Below are positions 37,581 to 46,002 of a stretch of 64,000 nucleotides of DNA, one piece after another; positions within the stretch are counted from its first letter, which is position 1; every line of letters starts with the position of its first letter. Source of the DNA: Mucilaginibacter sp. (GTDB lineage: Bacteria > Bacteroidota > Bacteroidia > Sphingobacteriales > Sphingobacteriaceae). A program made the position numbers and the translations under genes. The notes under the pieces were generated by a model. That model made no database searches, was not told the DNA's origin, and saw nothing but the letters and a program-made list of their open reading frames with translations. The stretch spans positions 451,654 to 515,653 of the forward strand of contig NZ_CBDICW010000001.1 of NCBI RefSeq assembly GCF_965277465.1, read 5' to 3'.

Positions 37581-40500
37581 TTAGAAACGTAGTTTTAAAT
37601 TGAATGAAATAGTACGTACTGTTGGGTAAGCACCTTCTTGTATACCTTGCAGGTTACCTGCTGATAATCCTTCTTCAGGATCGGCATACGGAAGGTTTTT
37701 ATGGATGATCCATAAGTTACGGCCAATAAGCTGGAAAGTAACTTCCTTAACCGGGCCAAGCTTATTTATAGCGCTTGATGGTAAGGTATAGCCAATTAAC
37801 GCCTCGCGCAGTTTTACATAACTTGCATCGTATACAAACGCTTTAAGCGGTAATAAACCTGCTCCGTCACCAAAGTCACCATAATTATAAGCGGTTACCC
37901 TTGTAGTATTAGGCTGGCCGTTTTCGTAAACACCCGGGCGGATAAAACCACCACCATCAGCAAGTGTATTACGTACCGGTTTACCTAAATCATTAGTGTA
38001 GGCAGTTAATGGGTAAATACCATCAGCCAAACCGTAAGCTAAGTCATTCGAGAATACTGATCCACCTTTACGAATATCGATCAAGAAGCTTAAGCTAAAG
38101 TTTTTATAAGTAAAGCTGTTATTAATACCACCTGTCCAGTCTGGGTTAGTATTACCTATGTTATTGTTTGATGTAGGAGTAATTTCATACTGGCCATCGG
38201 CGCCAACAACTTTTTGTCCGTTTTTGTAGATATAGTCAGTTCCCCTGATTGTACCTAATGACTGGCCAAGCGGTGCGTTAAGTGATTCGCCATTCTGGAA
38301 ACCAGCTAACTCAAGGTTGCTTGCTTCCTGTCCTGTAGCATCCTTATATAATGCAGTAACCTTATTCCTGTTGTGGGTAAAGTTTACATTAATTTTCCAG
38401 CTAAAGCTATTAGTTAATACCGGGGTACCGTTTAATGAAAATTCAAACCCTTTGTTTTGAACGTTACCAGCATTTAAATACTCATTGGTATAACCGGTTG
38501 CGCCTGATATATTAACAGGTAATATTTCATCAAAAGTATTGGTAACATAATAACTTGCATCAAAACCTACACGGTTTTTAAGGAAAGACATTTCCACACC
38601 GATTTCCTTACTTTTTGTTTGCTCTGGTTTTAAGGCCGAGTTATTTTTAGTAGTTGGTGTTACTGCTTGTGGGTTTGCACCAAATGGCGGCACAATAGTA
38701 TAAGTATCATTTACGCTATATCTTTGCGCATCGCTACCTACCTGAGCATAACTTGCTCGTAACTTACCGTATGATAACCAAGGCAAATCATTTTTAAGCA
38801 ATTCAGAGAAGATGAAGCCACCTGATACTGAAGGGTAATAATAAGTATTGTTAACTGAAGGCAGTGTTGAAGATTTATCTCTTCTGATAGTACCGTCAAC
38901 AGTCAGCATGTTTCTCCAGGTTAATGTTGCACCTGCAAAAATACCGTCAACTTCTGATCTTCCATCATACTCACTAGGTGATAACGGAGAGCTTAGGGTG
39001 TTTGATAATGAATATAAACCCGGGATAATTAAACCACCATTTGTACTTGCCAAAATGCTGTTGTCATTATTCTTGCGGATGTTTGTACCTAATAAAGCTT
39101 TTAAGTTAAAATCTTTTGATAGATCTTTATTTACGTTAGCCAAAAGGTCAAAGTTGGTTTCAGAATAATTGTGATCATACCTTGAATAATAAGGTACACC
39201 AATACTACCCACATCATAACGCTCCTGATCTAACTCAGAGTAAGTATCTAATGATACCTTACCGCTAACATTTAACCAGCTGGTTACTTTATAGTTCAGG
39301 TTGATGTTACCCAAATACCTGTTACGTGAATCTGTTTCGTAGTTATGGTCAGTTACCCAGTACGGGTTGTTCCAGTACGCAGGCGAAGTATTGCCATTGC
39401 CCGGATCGGCCATGTTCCAGGTAATATTTGATTTTGTTCTTTCGTAAGCCGCTTTTAACTCCTGTACGTCAACGTTGGTTTCCCACCATTGCCTAAAGTT
39501 GCTCATTACGTTACGGTTATCAGAGTTGCTGCCATCGTAGCCAGTACCACCACGGCCTGTTCCATTGGTATTATAGTAGTTAATGCTTGCGCCTACAGTT
39601 AATTTAGGGGTGATGTTGTAGGTAGCTGCAAAATCAACTAAGTTTTTATCTAACTTATTGTTAGGGATAACACCGTTTTCAATGCTTTTGGTGTAGCCTA
39701 ATTTAAAAGTACCATTTTCGCCACCATTGGTGATCATTATACTTTGGTTAGTTGATACCGGTTTAACAAAAAATGTTGTCGGATCATTTTTAGCGGCAAC
39801 CCAGGGCGTAGCCTTACCATAGTTTGGCGAAGTAGGGTCAAAAGCATCCCATTGATAAATTTTCAGGTTCGGATCAAATTTTGTTCCGTTTGAAGCATCA
39901 TCAGATGTTGGGGCAATTTGCGCATTTGGGTTTCCAAAAACATCAGCAGTATTAAAATACTGTGCATAACCTGCACCATATTGTTTCTGATACTGAGGGA
40001 AAGTTGATTTATCAATTGAACCTACGCTTACGGTTGAATTAATAACTATACCTAAACCTTTTTTAGCTTTTTTGGTAGTAATTAAAATTACACCATTGCT
40101 ACCGCGCGAGCCATACAGGGCTGTTGCACCTGCACCTTTCAAAACGGTTACGCTTTCAATATCATCCGGGTTGATATCCGAAGCAGGGCTACCATAATCA
40201 TAACCACCACCACCAGCCTGCTGACTGCTGCCGTTTGTGTTTTCGTTACCGATAGGAACGCCATCAATTACAAACAAGGCCTGATTGTTACCGTAGATAG
40301 ATTTTGAACCACGAAGCACTACGTTTGTTGAACCGCCCAGGGTATTGTTCTGGCGGATCTCCAAACCTGATACTTTACCTGATAATCCATCAATAAAGTT
40401 TGCTGAACGTTGTTTGCTAACCTCATCGCCGCTAACCTGCTGTGCTGCATAGCTCTGCTGGTTACGGGTACGGGTTATACCTAACGCACCGGTTACTACA

Positions 40501-40811
40501 ACCTCACCAAGCTGTTTGCTTTCGGGGTTAAGTGAAATATTAATAACGCCACCTTTACCAACAGGAACATCTTGCGATGCGTAGCCAATAAAGCTGAAGT
40601 TTAATGACGAGCCCGCAGGCACGCTAATGGTGTATTTACCAGATACATCTGTTAAGGTACCGGTAGTAGTACCTTTAATTTTTACTGTGACTCCGGGTAG
40701 GGGTAGTCCATCATCCTTACCAATTACCTTACCGGTAACTGTGGTTTGTGCAAACGCCTGTGAGATGCAAAGCGCCAGGAAACACAAACTTACGAGTAAA
40801 AGTTTTTTCAT
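37581..40811 (-). CDS. SusC/RagA family TonB-linked outer-membrane protein
   Basis: 1076 aa. The signal peptide MKKLLLVSLCFLALCISQAFAQ is 20/22 identical to the other SusC. It also has a CarboxypepD_reg domain, a plug (IESVTVLKGAGATALYGSRGSNGVILITTKKA), and a C-terminal F. Confidence 0.9.
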   Translation of the reverse strand: MKKLLLVSLCFLALCISQAFAQTTVTGKVIGKDDGLPLPGVTVKIKGTTTGTLTDVSGKYTISVPAGSSLNFSFIGYASQDVPVGKGGVINISLNPESKQLGEVVVTGALGITRTRNQQSYAAQQVSGDEVSKQRSANFIDGLSGKVSGLEIRQNNTLGGSTNVVLRGSKSIYGNNQALFVIDGVPIGNENTNGSSQQAGGGGYDYGSPASDINPDDIESVTVLKGAGATALYGSRGSNGVILITTKKAKKGLGIVINSTVSVGSIDKSTFPQYQKQYGAGYAQYFNTADVFGNPNAQIAPTSDDASNGTKFDPNLKIYQWDAFDPTSPNYGKATPWVAAKNDPTTFFVKPVSTNQSIMITNGGENGTFKLGYTKSIENGVIPNNKLDKNLVDFAATYNITPKLTVGASINYYNTNGTGRGGTGYDGSNSDNRNVMSNFRQWWETNVDVQELKAAYERTKSNITWNMADPGNGNTSPAYWNNPYWVTDHNYETDSRNRYLGNINLNYKVTSWLNVSGKVSLDTYSELDQERYDVGSIGVPYYSRYDHNYSETNFDLLANVNKDLSKDFNLKALLGTNIRKNNDNSILASTNGGLIIPGLYSLSNTLSSPLSPSEYDGRSEVDGIFAGATLTWRNMLTVDGTIRRDKSSTLPSVNNTYYYPSVSGGFIFSELLKNDLPWLSYGKLRASYAQVGSDAQRYSVNDTYTIVPPFGANPQAVTPTTKNNSALKPEQTKSKEIGVEMSFLKNRVGFDASYYVTNTFDEILPVNISGATGYTNEYLNAGNVQNKGFEFSLNGTPVLTNSFSWKINVNFTHNRNKVTALYKDATGQEASNLELAGFQNGESLNAPLGQSLGTIRGTDYIYKNGQKVVGADGQYEITPTSNNNIGNTNPDWTGGINNSFTYKNFSLSFLIDIRKGGSVFSNDLAYGLADGIYPLTAYTNDLGKPVRNTLADGGGFIRPGVYENGQPNTTRVTAYNYGDFGDGAGLLPLKAFVYDASYVKLREALIGYTLPSSAINKLGPVKEVTFQLIGRNLWIIHKNLPYADPEEGLSAGNLQGIQEGAYPTVRTISFNLKLRF

Positions 40812-40824
40812 GTGTTTTTCAAAA

Positions 40825-40846
40825 GATTAGTTAATGGTTAATTAAT
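40825..40846 (-). promoter_or_regulatory. conserved 22-nt SusC leader motif (copy 1)
   Basis: On the plus strand: GATTAGTTAATGGTTAATTAAT, 13 nt from the ATG. Confidence 0.5.
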
Positions 40847-41016
40847 TTACAATATTAAGGTTCCGGCTGTTTATCATCAACGAAAATTCAGCGAATTATT
40901 GCCTCAGCAGAAAATTTCGTGCTATTTAGCTATAACGGTAATAACAATTTTACACGATTTGTTTCGGCTTTTTGTTTTTTTAGTACTATGTATTGCATAA
41001 TACAATTTAAAACATA

Positions 41017-41024
41017 TATCTTTG
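41017..41024 (+). promoter_or_regulatory. -7 promoter box TATCTTTG for the padR-like gene
   Basis: Exact TAnnTTTG match, only 4 nt before the ATG at 41029. Confidence 0.45.
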
Positions 41025-41028
41025 TGGT

Positions 41029-41361
41029 ATGATTGTTGAAAATACACAAACCCAAATGCGGAAAGGAATACTGGAGTATTGCATTCTTTCCATTATAGCA
41101 AAGGGCGAAACATACGCATCTGACATTATTGCAGAGCTGAAAAAAGCCCAATTGCTTGTAGTTGAGGGTACTTTATATCCTTTGCTAACCCGTTTAAAAA
41201 ACAATGGCCTGCTAACTTATAACTGGGTTGAATCAACCTCGGGCCCACCCCGAAAATACTATATCCTATCGGACGAAGGCCGCAATGTGCTGGAACAACT
41301 GGATAAAACCTGGGAAGAACTATCATTTGCAGTACAAACGGCTATTGGCGACAGAAAATAA
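41029..41361 (+). CDS. PadR family transcriptional regulator
   Basis: MRKGILEYCILSIIAKGETYASDIIAEL...EGTLYPLLTRLKNNGLL...PRKYYILSDEG is the canonical PadR winged helix. The true start may instead be the ATG at 41056 (MRKGILEY). Confidence 0.9.
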   Translation: MIVENTQTQMRKGILEYCILSIIAKGETYASDIIAELKKAQLLVVEGTLYPLLTRLKNNGLLTYNWVESTSGPPRKYYILSDEGRNVLEQLDKTWEELSFAVQTAIGDRK

Positions 41362-41385
41362 AAAAACCTGAAATTATTATCAATC

Positions 41386-43041
41386 ATGAACAAAACTATC
41401 ATCATAAATATAAACGGCATTGTTTTCCATATTGAGGAAGATGCCTACGAAATACTAAAGAGTTATATGACGGATGTAAAACGTCATTTCTCAACCTCGG
41501 CAGATAGCCTGGAGATCACCACTGATATTGAAAACCGCATTGCCGAAATGTTTGCTGAGATATTAGCGCGCGAAAACAAACAGGTTATTGTGGAGCAGGA
41601 TGTTAACATAGTTGTTGAACAAATGGGTTCGGTAGCTGATTTTGAGCATGCCGAGAACGATGCTGCCGCTAATGCAAGTCCGTTTACCTATAATACCGAA
41701 GGACGCCGGCTGTTCCGCGATCCGGATGATCATTTGGTGGGCGGGGTTTGTGCAGGTATAGCCAATTACTTTGATATTGACCCGGTATGGATCCGCCTTG
41801 CCTTTGCCTTATTTACCCCGGTAGCCGGTTCGGGCTTTTTACTGTACGTTATCTTATGGATTATACTACCAAAAGCTGTTACCCGTGCCGACAGGATGGC
41901 CATGAAAGGCGAAAAACAAAACCTGCAGGGCTTTAAAAAGAACTTTGAGGATGAGCTAAGCTCGGTACGCCAAAACCTTACCAACTTTGGGCACGAAGCA
42001 AGACCCTTTGTTTACAAGGCCCGTGATTTTGCAGGCGATTTTTTTCATCACCTGGGCGTATTTTTAGGCGGTACCGGTAAAGTGCTTATTAAACTATTAG
42101 GTGTTTTATTATTGCTGGCCTGCTTTGGTGGTGTTATTGCGCTTGTGGTAGCATTAATTGCCTTTGTTGCATTAGGCAAACAACCTGTTAGCCTGTTCCC
42201 TTTTAATGTTATTCAAAACCATTTTGCAAATAAGGTTTATATCTCAGCATTTTTTGTTGCCTTTATTCCGCTGCTTACCATTATACTGTTAATTATCAAG
42301 GGGATATTTAATACCGCCAGCGTTGGCAAATCAACAGGCACGGTTCTTTTAGCCCTTTGGATCTGCGCTTTGGGGATGCTGGTTTTTTATGCCACACGCA
42401 TCAGTGCCGAGTTCAGGGAATCAGCAAGTTTTACCGAAACCATTAATATTAAACCAACTGCAAATAATACTTATTATTTAAAACTGAACGATATTAAATA
42501 TTTTTCGCACGAGGACAGCGTAAGGCTTGATATTAAGGACCATTTCCGTAACATGATAGTAACGGATAATGATAACAACGATTTTCATAACGAACCCAAC
42601 AGCGTTACCATTAATATTGAAAAAAGCGATGTGGATCACCCCATATTGGAAGAATCGTTCAGGGCCAATGGAGGCAACTATGACGATGCTTTATACAATG
42701 CCCGCAGTACACGCTATGTGTTTGCACAGTTGGATACTATTTTAAGGTTTGATTATACCCTGCGCAGAAGACCCGGAATATCATGGCATGCCGAAGAGGT
42801 GACACTTACCTTAAAAGTACCGCTAAATGCAACTGTTATTATTGACCAGCGCCTTGACCGTTACCTGCATGATATTAATATATATGATTGCAAAGTAGCC
42901 AACATGCACGAAAACGCAACCATGGCCGCATTTGTAATGACCAACAACGGCTTACAATGTAAAATTGATTCGGCCGCTATAGCCAAAAAAGATACTTCAA
43001 AAGCTATTGTACAAAGCTATAGTACGCAAAGCGCACGATAA
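41386..43041 (+). CDS. PspC domain-containing membrane protein
   Basis: PspC motif LFRDPDDHLVGGVCAGIANYFDIDPVWIRLAFALFT, followed by several TM segments and a large C-terminal domain. Confidence 0.8.
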   Translation: MNKTIIININGIVFHIEEDAYEILKSYMTDVKRHFSTSADSLEITTDIENRIAEMFAEILARENKQVIVEQDVNIVVEQMGSVADFEHAENDAAANASPFTYNTEGRRLFRDPDDHLVGGVCAGIANYFDIDPVWIRLAFALFTPVAGSGFLLYVILWIILPKAVTRADRMAMKGEKQNLQGFKKNFEDELSSVRQNLTNFGHEARPFVYKARDFAGDFFHHLGVFLGGTGKVLIKLLGVLLLLACFGGVIALVVALIAFVALGKQPVSLFPFNVIQNHFANKVYISAFFVAFIPLLTIILLIIKGIFNTASVGKSTGTVLLALWICALGMLVFYATRISAEFRESASFTETINIKPTANNTYYLKLNDIKYFSHEDSVRLDIKDHFRNMIVTDNDNNDFHNEPNSVTINIEKSDVDHPILEESFRANGGNYDDALYNARSTRYVFAQLDTILRFDYTLRRRPGISWHAEEVTLTLKVPLNATVIIDQRLDRYLHDINIYDCKVANMHENATMAAFVMTNNGLQCKIDSAAIAKKDTSKAIVQSYSTQSAR

Positions 43042-43050
43042 TAATCTACC

Positions 43051-43092
43051 GTTTGCAGCGGGCTTTTAAACAGCCTGCTGCAAACTCTTTTT
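43051..43092 (+). terminator. rho-independent terminator after the PspC-domain gene
   Basis: GTTTGCAGCGGGC-TTTTAAAC-AGCCTGCTGCAAAC followed by TCTTTTTT. Confidence 0.75.
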
Positions 43093-43452
43093 TATGCAAA
43101 ACCGATTTATTTATACTTAAAACAGGCTATTTGTATCAAAAAGTTGAAATTGTTTGTAACCTTAGGCCTCCTTATTGCATCTTATAGATAACAAAACAAA
43201 TTTACAGTGCTAACAGCAACCCGAAATTAAGGTTGCTGAATTTTAAAAAAGGGCTAATACCCTAAGGGGATTTTTATTGCCCAAAAACAGGATGAACATT
43301 AACTAAAATCAAAAAACAGAATACTTATATAAAACAAATACTAAACCTCGCCCGGTAAAATAAACGGGAAACACCAACATCTTATTCAACTATTTAAAAA
43401 AAGAACAACATTCTTTTAACGGGCTTGCTATTGCCCAAAAACTAATAACACA

Positions 43453-45906
43453 ATGAAATCTCTCATCATAAAAATACTCACCCTATCTATATTATTTATA
43501 AGCGGCGTATCAATTAGCTATGCTCATACCACTAAACCTCCGGTTAAAGTTTCGGGCTCATTAACTGATGATAAAGGAAAACCGATGGATTATGCCACCG
43601 TTAGCTTGCTGAACGCAAAAGATTCGACCGTGATTAAGGGAACCTTAAGTAACGAAAGCGGCCAGTATACATTTGACCGCCTGCCAGCAGGTACCTATAT
43701 AGTTAAGGCAACCGTAGTTGGTTACGAAAAAACAATAAGCAAGCCTTTTACCGTAACCGATGGATCAACAGATATAACCATCCCTGTATTAAAAATGCAG
43801 CAGGCAAGCCATGCTTTAAATACAGTAACCATTACAGCAACCAAACCGCTGATTGAACGCAAAATAGACCGTACCGTAATGAACGTTGAAAACAGCGTGC
43901 TTGCCGCCGGAAATTCTGCTTTGGAAATTTTGGAGCGCGCGCCCGGTGTATCTATTGATAAAGATGACAATATCAGCCTGAAAGGGAAACAAGGCGTAAC
44001 CGTAATGATCAATGATAAGCTTACTTACCTTACCTCATCGCAGCTGGCCACCTTGTTACGCTCAACCGATGGTACAACTATCCAGTCTATCGAGATCATA
44101 TCAAATCCATCGGCCAAATATGATGCATCAGGTAACTCGGGCATTATCAATATCAAGCTAAAAAAGAACAAACAAAGCGGCACAAACGGCAGCGTTACCT
44201 TAGGTGCAGGCTTAGGCAGCGGCGGAAAAGACAATGAAACCATTTCACTGAACCATAAAGACGGTAACTTAAATGTGTTTGGCTCTTTTAGTCATAATGA
44301 TAGCAAACGCAACCAGGATATACAGATCAAAAGAATTATTACCGACAATACCGGCGGCACTACTTATTTTAACCAGTTTACCAACCTGCTGCAATCAAAC
44401 CATAATAACAGCTACCGTTTAGGTGCCGATTACGATCTGTCATCAAAGAACACCATCGGATTTGTAATGAATGGCTATTTTAATAAGGAAAACGATGCGA
44501 ACAATAACTGGACCTACATAGGATCAAACTTTGCCAAAGCCGATTCAACCCTGCATACCGTTTCAGACATTCCGCAAACGTATCATAACATTGCCGTAAA
44601 CCTGAACGATACCTGGAAATTAGATACCGCAGGCCAGCAGATAAGCACCGATTTGGACTACTCTAAATTTAAAAACACATCCTTGGCAACATACATTACT
44701 GATTATTACCTGGCCGATGGCAGCCCACAGCATCCACAGGCTTTTTTAGGGAACAACACCCCATCAACTATTGATATCCGCACCGCAAAAGTTGATTATA
44801 CCAAACCCATTACCAAATCGGTAAAGCTGGAATCGGGCTTAAAATTCAGTGATGTAAAAACGGATAATGACCTAATGGAAAAAACAGATCAAAGCGCCGA
44901 TTATGTAAGCACCAATCACTTTATTTATGATGAAAAAATTGATGCTGCTTACCTTAACCTGAGCAAGGATTTTAAACATACCTCGGTACAGTTAGGTTTA
45001 AGGGCCGAGTATACCAGCTCAAAAGCATCGGGCGATTCGGCTAACGTAGTATCTGTTATTGACAGGCATTACCTTAACTTTTTCCCAAGCGTATTTATTA
45101 ACCAGACATTGAACAGCAAAAACGAAATTGGTTTATCATACAGCCGCCGTATTGACCGCCCGCAATATGATAACCTGAACCCTTTTGTTTTTCATTTAGA
45201 CCCATATACTTACCAAAAGGGAAACCCTTATCTAAAACCACAATACACCGATAACTTTGAACTTAATTACACTTATAATAAAGAGCTTACTCTTACTTTA
45301 GGCTACAGCCGTACTACCGATGTAATTACCGAAGTACCGGGAACCGACCCGGCAACCAAGGTTTCATTTATTACCCAGGATAACTTACAGGTACAAAATG
45401 CTTATAACGTTAATATCTATTCGCCATATACCATTACCAAATGGTGGACTGGTAATGTTAATGCTACTGCATTTTACCTCGGCTTTAAATCAAATGGTTT
45501 AGAGGGTGGTAACCTTGACCGCGGACAAACAGCTTACAACATTCGCGCAACGCAAACATTTACACCGGTAAGCGGCTATAAAGCAGAGTTTACCGCCAAC
45601 TACCAGTCGGGTTTAACTTATGGCTTGTACAATGTAAAGTCGAGATATTCTGCGGATGCCGGTATCAGCCATTCGTTTGATAACAAAAAGGCAAATATTA
45701 AACTATCCATGAGCGATATATTTAATACCCTTAGAAACGATGTGACCAGCAATTACCAAAGCACCGATTTAGATATTCGCCAAAAACGCGAATCGCGTAT
45801 AACCAGGTTAACTTTCACCTACAACTTTGGCAGCAACAAAATAAAGGCCCGCAACCACCAAACCGGTGCCGATGCAGAAAAAGAAAGGGTAAAGGGCGGG
45901 AATTAA
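43453..45906 (+). CDS. outer-membrane beta-barrel receptor (CarboxypepD_reg + TonB-dependent-receptor-like), intact paralog of 14439..16824
   Basis: 817 aa. Signal peptide, a CarboxypepD_reg domain (VSGSLTDDKGKPMDYATVSL), a plug-like region (IERKIDRTVMNVENS...LERAPGV), and a beta-barrel with a C-terminal aromatic-rich segment. Confidence 0.85.
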   Translation: MKSLIIKILTLSILFISGVSISYAHTTKPPVKVSGSLTDDKGKPMDYATVSLLNAKDSTVIKGTLSNESGQYTFDRLPAGTYIVKATVVGYEKTISKPFTVTDGSTDITIPVLKMQQASHALNTVTITATKPLIERKIDRTVMNVENSVLAAGNSALEILERAPGVSIDKDDNISLKGKQGVTVMINDKLTYLTSSQLATLLRSTDGTTIQSIEIISNPSAKYDASGNSGIINIKLKKNKQSGTNGSVTLGAGLGSGGKDNETISLNHKDGNLNVFGSFSHNDSKRNQDIQIKRIITDNTGGTTYFNQFTNLLQSNHNNSYRLGADYDLSSKNTIGFVMNGYFNKENDANNNWTYIGSNFAKADSTLHTVSDIPQTYHNIAVNLNDTWKLDTAGQQISTDLDYSKFKNTSLATYITDYYLADGSPQHPQAFLGNNTPSTIDIRTAKVDYTKPITKSVKLESGLKFSDVKTDNDLMEKTDQSADYVSTNHFIYDEKIDAAYLNLSKDFKHTSVQLGLRAEYTSSKASGDSANVVSVIDRHYLNFFPSVFINQTLNSKNEIGLSYSRRIDRPQYDNLNPFVFHLDPYTYQKGNPYLKPQYTDNFELNYTYNKELTLTLGYSRTTDVITEVPGTDPATKVSFITQDNLQVQNAYNVNIYSPYTITKWWTGNVNATAFYLGFKSNGLEGGNLDRGQTAYNIRATQTFTPVSGYKAEFTANYQSGLTYGLYNVKSRYSADAGISHSFDNKKANIKLSMSDIFNTLRNDVTSNYQSTDLDIRQKRESRITRLTFTYNFGSNKIKARNHQTGADAEKERVKGGN

Positions 45907-45912
45907 TCCTAA

Positions 45913-46000
45913 GCCTCACCTAAATCCTCTCCTTTGGAGAGGACTTGAAAAAAATGCAAATCCAAAGCCCCTCTCCCCCGGAGAGGGGTTGGGGTGAGGC
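45913..46000. repeat. nested triple-hairpin REP-like element / bidirectional terminator between convergent genes
   Basis: Outer stem GCCTCACC (45913-45920) pairs with GGTGAGGC (45993-46000). Inner hairpin 1 is CCTCTCC-TTT-GGAGAGG (45926-45942). Inner hairpin 2 is CCCCTCTCC-CCC-GGAGAGGGG (45968-45988). Confidence 0.7.
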
Positions 46001-46002
46001 TC

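Noticed and set aside
43093-43452. Possible cobalamin or TPP riboswitch upstream of the outer-membrane receptor
   Set aside because: No B12 box (GCCACTG-like) or TPP CUGAGA core was seen by eye. I kept it only as an unexplained long leader.
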